A DNA stretch of 64,000 nt from Eledone cirrhosa (taxonomy: Eukaryota). Below are positions 40,092 to 54,249 of this stretch, in pieces (position 1 is the first letter of the stretch; each line of letters opens with the position of its first letter). Location: positions 243,784,001 to 243,848,000 of the forward strand of contig OZ024742.1 in the NCBI GenBank assembly GCA_964016885.1. The letters are read 5' to 3'. The translations under genes and the position numbers were made by a program. Under the pieces are notes generated by a model, which was not told the origin of the DNA, did not search any database, and worked only from the letters and a program-made list of their open reading frames with translations.

Positions 40092-40744
40092 ACACACATA
40101 TATATATATATAAATATATAAAATCATCCAATTTTCCACTCTTGCATAGGTTAGGCATGTTGTCATGTTATGAGACAAGTCAGGTAGGTCTGGGGACCAC
40201 GCCACGCTTATATTGGTTTTGGCTTGGTTTCTACAGTTCAGTGCTCTTCTTAATATCAACCACGTTACAGTGTGGAGTAGGTGCTTTTTGTTGTGTCACT
40301 AGCACGACCACCTTACAGTGTGGGCTGAGTGGTTTTGTTGTTGTGGTATTGGAACAGCATACAGGGTGGACTTTGTGCTTTTTGTCATAACAACAGCACT
40401 ATGGGAGATCAGATGTCGAGCGTGTCCAGCTTTCATGGGTTGGGCAGGCCAGGTGTATCAGTGTTGAGGGAGGGGGGGGGAGTAAGCAAGTTCAGCATTG
40501 ATTAGGTGCGTGGGATATTTAGCAGGTGTGAGCAGGGTATGAAGGTGGGTGAGAGTGGATGGGATGTGGTTGGAAAGAGAATTTCTGCATGCTAGTGTGT
40601 CCCCTGCATTTCATTTTGTGTACATTGGAGGGGGAATCTTTTGCAGTACTGTATGATGCCAAAAGTCTTGATCCTGTGTCATCTCTTTTGTGAGGTTTTA
40701 TTGGGCAAGGCAAGCATTGTTATTTGTTTAATTTGTACATGTTT

Positions 40745-40763
40745 ACACACACACACACGCACA

Positions 40764-40857
<94 letters not shown>

Positions 40858-40890
40858 CTCTCTCTCTCTCTCTCCCTCTCCCTCTCTCTC
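40745..40890. repeat. (CA)n/(CT)n compound microsatellite
   Basis: Direct reading. Confidence 0.97.
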
Positions 40891-40920
40891 ACTATATAGT
40901 TGTTTATACTTTTTGCACAA

Positions 40921-41088
40921 GGCCAGCAATTACCCCAGTGCATTACTGGTGCTTTATTTTATTGCCCCTGTAAGGATGAAAGGCAAAGCTAACCTCGGCA
41001 GGATTTGAACTCAGAACATTAAAGGCCATAACTCTGTGCTGTAAAGCACAGTGTCTGACGTTCTACCGATACTGCCAATCCACTGCGC
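40921..41088 (-). mobile_element. SINE family 1
   Basis: 'taaggatgaaaggcaaag...ggatttgaactcagaa...ctaccgatactgccaatcc'. Confidence 0.88.
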
Positions 41089-41100
41089 TATATATTATAT

Positions 41101-41421
41101 AGACTGGGTGATGAGTTGTTTCCTTGAGCAAGACACTTTATTTCTCATTGCTCCAGTTTACTCAGCTGTAGAAATGAGATGATAGGGACCCCAGTCCCTA
41201 TCAATCCACTGCAAAGTGGTCGTGGAGGTGCCACGACAAAAAAGCACCCAGCCCACACTGTAAAGTGGACGTGTAGGCGCCACGGAAAAAAAAGCACCCA
41301 GCACTCACTGTAAATGAGGTCAGTGTTAGGAAGGGCATCCAGCTGTAGAAATCAAGCCAGAATCAGTTCCCGTCCCACCCTTGCAAGCAGGGAAAAGTGG
41401 ACGTAAAATGATGATGATGAT
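41101..41421 (+). mobile_element. SINE family 2, 5'-truncated, two-hairpin-unit variant
   Basis: Lacks the tRNA head. Carries two ~49-bp internal units, as the RTE-B 3' UTR does. Confidence 0.9.
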
Positions 41422-41443
41422 ATGTATGATATTTGTATATATG

Positions 41444-41514
<71 letters not shown>

Positions 41515-43234
41515 GTATGATAGTTGACTATGTATATGTAAAAGTATGTGCGTGTGTTCCCCCAGTAAGCAACATGCAGCTTGTTGGTATTTGATTTACA
41601 GAACAATATTTGAACTATTTATTCTATTGATCGATATATGTAACTTTGGTATTTTCTTTTTATTTGATAGATATTAGTGCATCTTATCGGGATCTGCTTG
41701 CTAATATATGCTAATAATTTTTTGTTCTTCTATCAAATAATAAACTATTGAATGTGTAAATTACATTTTACTTTGAAAAATTGTCTGAAAGTAGCTGCCT
41801 ATTAAAAGGAAATGAAATGCAATTACAGCTCTAGCCCAATCAGGTTTAGCTGGACTCCTGCAAAGAGTTTATTGATAGACAACATAAAATAACCAATTTT
41901 GATCTAAAACACAACATACTACCTAGTCCAGGAATTGAATCAAATCCATGACCATATGATTATGAGTTTAGCATCTTAACCATTAGGCCACACAACTTCA
42001 CAACTGCTATCTGCGTTTAGCTATCATCGATTACTAAATAAATATATTTTGTTTTCAAAGTTTATATTACTTAAAGTTTACTAAATTATTAAACAGCGAC
42101 GTTAGAAAATGCATTAACAAACATCTGTTTTGAATGTGCATGTTCATTCCACATTTACATTGAACAAATTTACCCTCAGTATGTTAGCTTACATTATGCA
42201 TGATTTCTATAAAATATAAATATGGGGAAGGAAATATCTTGGAAAATTTTATATCAGAGAATAATGTTTGTTGTATTTTGCACAACTTAACTATTAATGG
42301 ATTAGATTCTGTCTGGTGGATGGCAAAATTGAGTGTTCAGTAATTGTTTTTCATCCTGTAATGTTTTAGCAGAAAAAAATTAAAAATGGGTTTGTTAATT
42401 CAAATGTATATAGTATCTTCAAGTAAAGGAAAAAATTGATTTAAAACTGAGCCAAAGCTCTTATGGCAGTTAGATCAGCAACATCTTGGCAACTCCTGTG
42501 ATGATACTGGGATCATGAGTGTTGGCACTTGCCTTTCCATTGGATTATTTCAGTAATGTAGAGAGGTGGGGACATACTTCATGGGTAATGGTCTATCCCT
42601 TGCATCTATCTACCCAGGCTTTGTGCACCAAAGACTCTAGTGCATAATTCAATAGTCTCCTGTGACTGACGTATGCCTAAGATATAGTATCTTTGTGTGT
42701 TGTAAATGTGATTTCACGCAGTATAGAACATGAAGAGTAAATGTATATATAATATGCCATGAAATTATAAGCACAGTTATGATAGCTGCTGTATATTCTT
42801 ACTTAATATATCACCTCATCAGATTATGTTTCAAAATTTATATTTTTTATTCCATAAATATATAAGAATAGTCTTACTTTCAATGAACATTATTACATTA
42901 AGTTACACAATATTTATCTAAATTAAGTATATTTTACTTTCCTTGCTAGCAAATAAAGGAGTTCAGTAGGTTTAAATAAATTTAAACTCTATTTAACTAA
43001 CTGCTAAGTTACAAGACATAAATGGACAGAGCATAAACACAGTTCCAGTTTTTAAAACTGGTATGTACATGCACATAAACTTGAACACACAAGCACACTC
43101 ATGCATACACACACATGCAGATGTGTGTGTGTAGAGAGAGAGAGAGAGAAAAAGAAAGAGATTTAATGTGTTGGTGAAAGTAGTTATTAATGACTGCATT
43201 GTTTTGATATTGTAAGTGAGGGGTGATATTTCAG

Positions 43235-43950
43235 TCTAGCCTGTGATCAGATGAGTTGCCCTTCTTTGGAATGAGTCCCACTGAAACATGTTTCCAAGGA
43301 GAGCGAGAGAGAGAGTGAGAAGTTTGGCAAGGTGGGGACTAGCACTGATATCATAGACAGTAACTTTATTGTTCTGAAGGGGCCTGAGGTTCTTTTGCAC
43401 CTGCTGTATATGTGTATATGTGGTGGTGAGTTTGGTTGAGTAGTGAGGGAAAGTTTTGGAGTGGATGAAAAGCAAACAACAAATATGGATGTTTTTTCCT
43501 CAAGAGTCTTACAGAGCCATTATGGTTTGGAATATTAAGTGAAGTGAAGGAAGATTCTGCAAAGTTGGTATAGATCATTTTGGCAAGAATCTGCTGTAGT
43601 TTGGATGGTGGTAGAGCTTGCTGGTTGTGTAATGCATAGAGGCATCCTTTGTTGTTTGGATAATGGCCTTACAGAAGCTGCAGAGGTAAATAAGTAATCA
43701 AGTTTGTAGGGACCGGGTAATTTTTCAAAATGTTGTAGGCTATATTCTTTATTGAATTGCTGCCATGCAGTTCTGAATGAGTGACATAGCAGATTTGATA
43801 TGAGGACTTTTGGTTGTGTGTGAAATGTAGAAAAGCATGCCTAAGAGGATGGGTTCAGTCACCTATTTAGTTATCTCTGAGGCAATGCCAGGGATAGTAA
43901 GCATAGTTCTAGGAATGTGTGGGTATTATATAGGACATGAATGTATGGTG
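43235..43950 (-). pseudogene. CR1/Jockey-group LINE ORF2 remnant (pre-RT region)
   Basis: Minus frame reads 'SPHLAKLL..PWKHVSVGLIPKKGNSSD', matching the 'WK.A.V.PIPKKG...P.NYRPI' motif. Confidence 0.65.
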
Positions 43951-44353
43951 GAAAAATATGGAAATGACTAGCAGAAAAAACATTTATCACATTGGAGAAA
44001 CTGCCATAAAAAATTGATATCTAGTTATTTATCTATAATTAGTTTCTTATCTATAAATATAATTTAAGAAAAAAAAAACAATAAAACAACTTTTACAGTT
44101 TGTATGATTACCATTTTTAACATCCTTTTTTCTTAAATTTTAAAGTTAAAGATAAATATTTTAAAAATCCTTTGACAAACTACAGAAAATAGGTTTTTAA
44201 CAATAATTAACTAAAACCCTACAAAATCAGTAAATCTTATTTCTTTATAGATTCTAACTGCTGATTAGTTCTGTTTTTCTTCTTCAACTAAAAATGGTAA
44301 AAGAAATTTAGATAGATTTAAATTTTTGTCTTTATTTTTATCATTATCATTAT

Positions 44354-44699
44354 GGAGGCACATGGCTTAGTGGTTAGAGCATTGGCCTTGCAATCGAAAG
44401 GTTGTGAGTTCAATTCTCAGACTGGGTGATGTGTTGTTTCCTTGAGCAAGACACTTTATTTCACATTGCTCCAGTTTACTCAGCTGTAGAAATGAGATGA
44501 TAGGGACTGGGGTCCATATAATTCCACTGCAAAGTGGTTGTGTAGGTGCCACGGCAAAAAAGCACCCAGCACTCACTGTAAATGAGGTTGGTGTTAGGAA
44601 GGGCATCCAGCTGTAGAAATCATGCTAGAATCAGTTCCCGTCCCACCCTTGCAAGCAGGGAAAAGCAGACGTAAAATGATGATGATGATGATGATGATG
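44354..44699 (+). mobile_element. SINE family 2, full length
   Basis: A and B boxes, family body and (GAT)n tail. Confidence 0.93.
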
Positions 44700-44708
44700 T
44701 TTCCTAAA

Positions 44709-44828
44709 TTCTGAGTTCAAATCCCGCCGAGGTTAACTTTGCCTTTCATCCTTACGGGGTCGATAAAATAAAGTATCAGTAATGTACTGGGTAATTGCTG
44801 GCCTTGTGCCAAAAGTAGAAACAATTAT
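44709..44828 (+). mobile_element. SINE family 1, 5'-truncated
   Basis: Starts at the B-box. Flanked by TGTTTCCTAAATT and TGTTCCCTAAATT. Confidence 0.88.
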
Positions 44829-47800
44829 TGTTCCCTAAATTACAATTATTGCTTATTTACATTTTATTATAATATATAATATATAGTGAATATAATAATG
44901 AATATATATATTCCTTTTTTTCTCTATTTCAGAGCTATTTACATTGTTTCATATCGATGTAAATATGCTGTTAATATTTTATATTCAAAGCACCTGTCAA
45001 ATACTGGGATCGATATATCATCTATATACCTACCCCCCAAAGTTTCTGGCTTTGTGCCTATGTTACAAATCAATATTTTATACTGGGTTTATTTATTTTT
45101 GTTGAAAGAAAACGTCTGTATGTACAGATGTATAATTGTGGAGAAGAAATTAGCATTTCTTTTTTTAGATGTACTGGTTTTAGGGTTAGATTAAACTTAA
45201 GTTTCATCATCATCATTATCGTCGCCGTTGTCATCAACATCATCATCATCACCACCATCATCATCATCATCATCAGTTTATATTATTTTATTACTTTTTA
45301 AAAAATCTGTTATGACTTAAACTGTGATGGGATAGTAAATGAAACTAAGATTGAACTAGCATTTTTTTTTTTAACAATTGAACATGTGACAGAATAGCAA
45401 GTTAGACTCATTTTTTTAATATCTGTTTTACTTTTTTGCTGTAACATTCTACCAACAAAGGAATGTTAATATTTTGCAAGTCATCTAAGTATTACACATA
45501 TATAGGAAGAGTACATGAAGGACTGGCCGAAAATATTAACCTTCACTACACACTTTCTGATTAGCAAATGCATGACAAACCCCTTCCAAGACCCCCCCCC
45601 CCCCCCCCCCCCCTCTCATAAAAAAACAAAACAAACAAACTACAAAACAAGAAAATAAAGTAAAGTATTTTAGTTGTCAGTTCCCTCAGCTGAATTCATC
45701 AAACTCTGGTTTTGTAGTTATTTTCTTAGATTCAATAAACGATTCTACTTACACTAGATTTTTTGATAGTTTAGAATGCAGTGATCTTTAGCTTTTAGTA
45801 GTTTTTAAGAACTTGTAAGACTCTAACTTGTCTACATTCCCCTTGCTTCAACCTCCTCCCCAATGAGGTAACGACTAAAGATCTGTCATAAGAGGTCTTT
45901 GTTGACTTGGGGTAAAAAAAAAAGGAGCTGGGGGTCTATTCCAAGCTGAAAGTCAGAGGAAAATAGATTAGAGAGGCAGTTGGTGAGTAAATTGGAAGAA
46001 GCAATTAGAAAAGACATTGCAACTGATGAACTAGCAGTGAGAATGATCCTCAATCATTTCTTCAATAGAAAATATGAAATCTGTGTTTTTAGAGCGAAGG
46101 TGCGTGTTCTAAGATATCAAAGAATAAAAACTGTTCAATAATTCCCAGAGGAAAAGGTGCAACATAGCAATAAACCCATTTCGGAAATCATTGTCATTAT
46201 GCTTTTAATTATTATTAAGCAGAAATAGTAGATTGCAGTATTTAATTTAATCTTTCTATAGACTGAATCAAATCCTACTAGTTTTGACTTTGCTTTTTCT
46301 CCATCCATATTCAGAAAAATAAGTACCAGTAATATACTAGAATTAATTCAATTGACTACACCTTTTCCCTTTGCCAAAGGTAGAAGTCATATTGTTGTTT
46401 GTTGACCTCCTATCTCTTAATTCTCTCTGGTTGTTTTCTTTCAGTGTATGTTCACACATATTGTATTGAATAAAGATACACCAGATGATTTCTTTATCTT
46501 ATGTAATATTGTGTGTGATAGAAACAAATGAGCTTGCTTAACCTGGAATAAAGTCAACATATCTATAAATAGCTATTATGAAATCTGACCTTTGTAGTAA
46601 TGGTTAAAGAAAGTTCCAAGTCGAAGTGGACAATCTCTTTAGTGCTGATAAATCAATAAATATACACTTTCACATTTTATGGTAAAGTGGTTGGTGCTAT
46701 GTAAGCTATTCAACCGTAAAACATCTGTTTCAGAGAAAAATGGGGAAAAACAGTAAAAGTTATTTTGTGTGTGATTCTACAGATACACTTATACATCTGT
46801 GTATATATACTAGTTCATAAACATGTAAGCACTTCAAGTAGTCCACTTAAAATGGCTAAAACCAGTGTTTTCAATAATCAAAATTTTTATCAAAAGCTCT
46901 ATTTCTTTTCTATTGTATCAACTACTTCCTGGCAATCCCTACTTGTATTTTTAAATTCATTCACTGGGGACTTGATATTTCACACCTTTATTTTTGAAAC
47001 CTGATGACACATTTTCTAATAGCTTTTTTTAATAACAAAATGCTGTTCTTACTCATAAAAAGTAACTCCTACCTCTGTTTCATATATAACATATTAGAAG
47101 TGTTACTTGCCTTGTGAAGCCCCCTTCAGAAAGAACATCTAGTTCCTGCTCTACCATTGTCTCCACCCTTTTCATACCTTTTACCACTCACATTAACCAT
47201 AGCTCCTTCCAAATTACCAAACTATCTCTCTCTTTCAATTACTTTATAGTAAAAATAAATTATCTTTGACACTGTCTTTACTTGGAATTCATTAACTGAA
47301 TACATTTCCTTCTTTCGCAAACCTACATAAGTTGAAATCATTAGTACATTACTACACTATATTTACCACAGTAATATTCTTCAGTTTTTCATCAAGAAGT
47401 TCCCAGTAGGTTATGTTGAAATCTTTTTTCTTCCTAACATGATAGAAATCAAAATACACCTGCATACTTAGTATTAGTAACATAACAGTTATGTTAAATG
47501 ACATCTATGTTTATAAGTAACATTACCAAATGAAAAATGAATATTAAAAGGAAGCAGTAGCACTAATTAACTGCATATATATTTATATAAACTTTGGTAA
47601 TTGAAACTTTGAAGCTAGTTTATTTCTATTAAAAGATTTGTAGCCGTTTGGGATCTTCTATTTACATTTATCAACTAACAAGTTGTAACCTGTAAAATAT
47701 TTGTTGTCAAATGCTGTAAAATGACTTGCTGCTTTTTCGCTCGTGTACAGTCAAGAAACGTCTAGTCATAACTGATTGAATAACCTACTTTTCTTTTAAT

Positions 47801-50800
47801 CTGTGTTTATATTTCAATTATTAAGAAGAGAAAAAAAACTGAGTTTTGGGTGCTTAAATGTTCTCTTCATTTTATTTTCCTTACTTTAATAAATTGAATA
47901 CAGTGAAGAAAATTTACTTGAATATGTCTTGGTTTTATAATAAATATAATCCATAACAATTTAAGCTTGCCTCATAAAGATAGCCATTGATGGGTGACCA
48001 CAAACTCAATAAATCCTAATATATAAGATTTATTTTGACTAATTATTTTAGCTTGCTACTTATATAAATTTCATCAAGCTCAAGATAAATTTAAACCTTG
48101 AGAAGATTTGAAACTAGAACCTCTCATTAATTGTTTAGGTTAACCCAGACTTTTTCATTAAGTGAGAGGTAGAAAAAAGTGATTGTACAATATTGTTTTG
48201 TCGGAAATGCTATATGCAAGGTATTGTACAATTTGTATGAAATCTTTTATGTAAATAGAAAACTGAAGTGGAGCTATAATTAAACAAAAGCAGGAATTGA
48301 AAGAAAAGCTGAAGAGTTGGTGAAGAAAAATATGCCTTCATTGTGGGTTAGGGCTTCATTTGGGTTTCTATGAGATTAGGTTTGTTTATCAGTCATGAAA
48401 ATAAACTTGAAATGAGTATACTTCAGTATACAAAATTAGCATTCCATAGTTAGGTGGAATATAAATATTGTTTTCATCTAGAATTTGATCAGGGCTAAAG
48501 TAGTTGTTAATTCTAAAAAGGAATCAAGTATGCCAATGCCTGATACAGAACAACTACTGATACATCATGATAAAACATATAACACTGATCTTAATTTAAT
48601 TTTGTTTTATATGCAAAAGAAATATACTTCCGTTGTGACTCTGCAATTTCTAATAGTTGTTCAATTTTAACATTTTTCCATTTTTATTTTTCACAATGCT
48701 ACCAAAAACGAATGAGTTTAAGAGTTTTTTAATGTAAAGTTATATTTTTCTAATGTTGAAAATATGTTGTTTGATATAAGAAAATAAATATTTTTTTTAT
48801 AAAGCTTAATTTCTAAATAATTATATTATATAAATTATTTTACTTAGTTGTTTAGATCTATTGTGCAAGGCATTCTAGCTGTAACTGAAATAATTTGGCA
48901 TTCAGGTTTTTTTTCCAAAGTGCAATATCCAATATATTTAAAATTTAATTTTAAAAGTCAGTAGGGTGTAATTCAACAGTGTTTTTGCTGCTATTTCTAG
49001 GTCAAATGACTGTGTATGTTAGAAGCTCTCTCATTAGCTTGATTAGTTTACTTCTGTATTGTATTGTGACATGAACATTCTTTAAAATATTTTGTTTCTA
49101 ATATTTTGGGAAAGTTACTTTGATTTAATAGATCTTGGAAAGGAATTCTTAGATGTTCTTTGTAAAAATATATTTTTCATATTCATCATGGGAATGACTA
49201 GAATGATTGCCTACTTTGATAAAAAGGATATAATTTCCAGATTGTGATTCCATTGATCTATACTTAGATGGAGATGCTTTATTGATTGAAATAGTATATT
49301 TGTCTTTGACAGTTTCTTTTGAAAAAATTAAAATTTGTTGCTTAATATCCCTAAAGCAGAAATCAATTATTTTCAAACACATCAATTAAAAAACAAATGA
49401 TCTACATTTTTTTCAATTTTCATAAACCAAATGAACTTCAGTTTTCATTCAAAATTTATCACTGATACTATTTTGAATTAAATATTCTACCTTTGCAACT
49501 GCATGCTTTTCGACTAACAAAATTGTCTCATTCTATTCTGTTTGAGTATTTATTAATTAATTTTTATCACAAAAGTTACCATTCCACTGCCCAAGGGCAG
49601 TGGAAAAGTTGTATTTAAGTTTTTTAAATATTCTTTCTGTGCATTGAATATTGAACTGTTACTCTTTATATTGTGAAACAATCAGGCTAATTACTGTAGT
49701 ATTATACTTCACAACAGGATTGTAAATCAAATAGTCTTCAATATTTGAAACACAAAATGTAAATGTTATTATTAGCTCTAGTTAGGAAGAATGTGGCCAA
49801 TTGTGAGAATTATATTGAGAAAATGCAACAAACCCTTCAAACAAAAACTTTCACATAATTAACATGAATGACTGTATTTGTTCAGTACTTCACATTTGAT
49901 GGGAACCATTTAAGTGAGAACTTAAAGTAATGCTGGCATTTCTACAATATATTATGGGTTCCATGATAAACTCATGCTATTATTTTTAATTTGTGAAATG
50001 TTATAAACTTTTACAACTTTTTCATTATGTAATTATATTTTTGGAAAACTTTACTCATATTTAAAAACCCTTTCCCATTTTTTGCTAGATATGTTGTTTT
50101 TTTTATCCATAGGACACTTCTTAGGAAGATATCCAATTAAATTAGCTTTAATCTGCTTGTTAGCTTCTATAAGAAGTTTTAGATTTTTTAAAATGGGAGT
50201 TATATATGTGTTTTTATTTTGAAGAAATTAGGTATTGGAATATAAAATTTTAATGCTAAAAATGTAGTCACAGTTTTATATAGTAATCCAAGTAAGCTAT
50301 GGCAAATATGGTCCAACTGTAAGTCAATAACTGTAGTATATTCAACACAAGTGGGAATAGCAAACACTCAATGTATTTGCTAGGTTGCTTAAGCCAGTAA
50401 ATATATTGATTTGAAGTGATATGAATAAGCAAATCAAAGTTTTATCATTAGAAAAAGAAACAAGTAGTATAATTGCTTTTAGAAAATCAGGACTGTGAAG
50501 TTGTTATTCCTGCTCTAGCAACAGTGGTAAATTGAAACTTCATTATCTAGAGAACAATAATAAATTGAAGAATTGATACACTTGAGGATTAGTAGTAGAA
50601 AACTTTTCAAACAAAGGATCAAGAGGATTCTTCAATTGTGTTAAAGAAATGATAACTCCCTTGGTGTTGTTGCCACAACAAAACACACCCAGTACTTTCT
50701 GTAGAGTGTTGGTACTGGTTTGGTCTATGACAACCTGCCCAACCCTTGTTAGCAAGGAAAACAGTCATTAAATGATGATGGTTTTCATGGTTTTCATTTA

Positions 50801-51654
50801 TCTAATTGGATGTTTCATGTCATCTAGTTAATAATCCCAGAAGAAGCCTGGTATCTAATTTACAGGTACACATAAACTGAAGTTGTTCATCAAATTAAAT
50901 AAAATTTAAGCAACAGTTATCATTAGATTAAAAAAATAAAACAAAACAAAACAAAAAACAATAGCATTATCTCTCATTTATCAGTTTCTTCAACTTTCAG
51001 ATATAACTTTCACAAACTCTTTTCCAATAATCATTTTTCACCAAGCACAAATTTCATAACTGTTACTTGTTATACTGATAACATGCTCAACCTATCCTGA
51101 GTGAATGACTTCACAAGTACAAATGAAAAGATCAACTCAAGAAAAGGTAACAAGAATTGGGTCATATTTACAGATTAAAAGTTTAGCTTCCAGATTATCT
51201 TTTGAAGTTTCTTTGTGAACAGTGGTAGAAATTTTCAGGATGGAAGAATTATTTCCAGTTTAGTGCTTAACTATTTCCTTCTCATAAGTAGAGACTTGAT
51301 GGAAAATGAATTATATTTCTGATTTTGATATGAGTTTCAACCTTTATAAACCAATAAACATAAACTTTTTTTTTTTGTGGTTATCTGTAATAATATTAGT
51401 TTTAATTCCACAATGGCATTATTTTAAAAAGAAACAATTTGAAACAAAAATAAAAAAAAAACATGATGCAAATGTAAATAGTCATGGTATGAACACTTTT
51501 TAATATTGATACGTATTATGAGTGTATAGGAGACCAAATGTAGGTAAATGAACTTACTGGAGAATATAGGGGACTGAATGTAGATAAATTAACTTACTCA
51601 ATTATCCAACTTAACTGGTTTAACTTTTCTCACAGGACTGACCCCAGAATCACA

Positions 51655-51890
51655 TGGGCAAGTACCTTCTACTTCAGCCATGGGTTGGCCAATGCTTCAT
51701 GAGTGGAATTTGGCAAACAAAAACTAGAGGCCCATTGTGTCCATCTCTGCCTTTGTTGTCTTGTAATTTAGCAATTTGACAAAAAGAGGGATCAATAAAA
51801 TAAGTACCGGAGTTGATATGACCAACTAAAATCAAGACAGTGCTCCATCATGGCTGAGGTTTAATGACTGAAAAAATAAGTAAAAGATTA
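51655..51890 (+). mobile_element. Old SINE family 3 remnant
   Basis: 'gggcaagt..cttctact..agcc..ggg.tggccaa' CORE-like block, 'ataaaataagtacc', and 3' end 'gtgctcca.catggc...aatgactgaaa..agtaaaaga'. Reverse relics at ~880-950 and ~22150-22205. Confidence 0.6.
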
Positions 51891-51896
51891 TATATA

Positions 51897-52704
51897 TAGT
51901 GTGCCGGAAAAAATTAATGGATAATAAAAACAGCATTTTTTAATATAACAAATTAATATATTTCAATGAAACTTTATACACTGTTAGGCACATATATAAG
52001 GTACAAAAATCACTCGATGTTGCCACCATTGGCAGCCACCACTTTGTCAACTTGGGACCAGAAGCTGGAGCCTCCTTGGTGTTGTAGGGCTTGCCTTCCT
52101 CTCCAAGACACCCACACAAAATAGTTGAGATGATTACAGTCTGAAGATGAGGTGGACGCCATAAGTCGGGCGACCAGTGGTACGACACATTGGTGACGAG
52201 CCAAGCTTGGGTGGTCCTAGTTTTGTGGGCAGGGGCGGAATCCTATTGAAAGACGTAGGGCCTTTCATTAGCTACCCTGTCCATCCAGGGCTTTACATGC
52301 TTGTCCAGGAGACTCATGTAACCATTGGCACCAAGGCAGAGGCCATCGGAAATGAACTTGGGCATTCTAGTGGGACAGAGCATTTCTTATGAGTCTTGCA
52401 TTCTGGCCTGAAATTGCCCTTGTCGTCTGAGGCTCCATATGCCGTTGCAAGGTTGTAGACCATGGTTTTAGGGTATTTAAATCATTCAATGATTTCCTTG
52501 TCGTTGTGGCCAGCGCGAAGGCTCTCCATAACAGCAGCTCGACGATTGTATTCTGAAGACATGTCGATTACTAAGCATCTCATGTGTCACTGGCCAGGCA
52601 GCTACTGAGGTGTAGTACTTTCTAATGAAGCACTCGAAACCTTGCTACACTGTGACATAACGGCGTTGTTGCTACATAAAAATTCCAGATTTATCTGTAC
52701 CACA

Positions 52705-52708
<4 letters not shown>
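51897..52708 (-). mobile_element. Internally deleted Tc1/mariner, probably maT (DD37D) type, pseudogene
   Basis: Minus strand reads 'MSSEYNRRAAVMESLRAG', 'PYVFQ*DSAPAHKTRTTQAWL', 'SSSDCNHLNYFVW' and 'VVAANGGNIE*'. Imperfect TIRs starting AGTGTG, with TA flanks. Confidence 0.85.
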
Positions 52709-52772
<64 letters not shown>

Positions 52773-53239
52773 ACATGAACTTATGAATGAAGAGTGAATT
52801 ATAGCATCCTTTATTTAATTTATCAACAAAGACTAATGAATACAGCTTTTTTATCTGATTGAATCCTTTCCTTTTTTTTATTTATATAAATATTTGAATA
52901 TCTAACCTGTATATAGAAGATATAGCCCAATTTAAAATTATTGGATTTTTTTTTTTTTTAATATTAAAGTATTGATAATATATTTATTGCAAATATACAA
53001 GTGAAAAATTTGCTGTTTTAATTTTAAGTCAATTTATTTCCAAAATTAGCATTCATTTCATTATTTTGTACAAGCATTATGAAAATATGATTATTTTACC
53101 TATGTAACATTACTTGATGTTACAGTGGCAAAAGTATTCTCACTCATATGACAAGTTACAATCTAGTTATAGTTATTACAATGTCAAATGAAATACTTAT
53201 GCCCTATTCTACCTAGTCTATAATTATATATCTTCTTTG

Positions 53240-53500
53240 TTAAGCCTGTTGTCACCAACCTGCCTGGAACTGCCTTTGGTTCCATGATGAAAAGTTTATG
53301 TTTTAAAGTGTTTATATTTAAACCTAGCCTTTCATTAGGAATTTGTGTAAGAACCTTTTCTTAAGTTATGTTCCAAACACCAACTTGATAATGAGGAAGT
53401 TAGTTATACTGCTAAATCTCTCCAAATTTTTGATCATTCAAAAATTAATTGAAAATCATAGGCAGTCTATTTTAGTAGAAATATCGTAATGAAAAGATTG
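53240..53500 (+). mobile_element. TTAA MITE family 2, degenerate
   Basis: Collinear with 55863-56129 ('ttaagttatg..caaacacca.cttg', 'ttaattgaaaat.ataggcagt'). Confidence 0.7.
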
Positions 53501-54249
53501 CCTGAGGTTAAATAAATTAGACTATTAACTTCTGTCTATTTAGTAGTAGCACTAACACAAGATTATTCAGAATAGAGGTGTATATGGAAACACACAAAAT
53601 GTTTATATACAACAAACATATTGTATGTGTTTCATATACACCTCTGTTCCATCTATTTGTGCTCTGTTCTTCAGTTTTGCATTTCACTTGATTTACTGAG
53701 ACTATTTCTTACAATAGCCAAATCTTTTTTTTGTTTAATTTTTCCCTTCATATATTATTTCAAGCCACTATCGTGTGTGGCTATATTGTTTCTCTGTAAG
53801 ATAAATTCTTAATCTCAAATGATTTGTTGATAAAAACTGGTATTTTAATAAGGAGTATTAACTGTTTTTTTTTCCCATTGTTATGTCAATGTTTGTTTAT
53901 TAGATATTCATTCTACCATCTCTTCTATGTAGTCAATAGTTGCAATATTTGTATGAGGTTGTTGTCTGTCAACTAAGCTGTACTTCCAAAGTGACTGAAT
54001 TAATACAAAAGGCTTTAGCTTCCTCCTCGGAGAACTCCAGGGAGGCAAAAGTTTTTATTTTATTTTATATTAATACCATTGTGAAAAGTTGTCACTTCAA
54101 TTTTTGGTTCATAACATAAAAAAAAAAAAAATCAATAGAATGAATGTATATATATAAAACATTTTTTTAATGTTTTTATACTAGTAATGTAGTAACTATC
54201 TGTGTGTGTGTGTGTGTGTGTGTGTGGAGAGAGAGAGTTCAACATAAGC

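Noticed and set aside
42495-42670. C/D snoRNA-like boxes (GTGATGA ... CTGA)
   Set aside because: The boxes are ~170 nt apart, with no terminal stem or recognisable guide.
49582-49620. Helitron 3' end hairpin
   Set aside because: No CTRR terminus at the expected distance.
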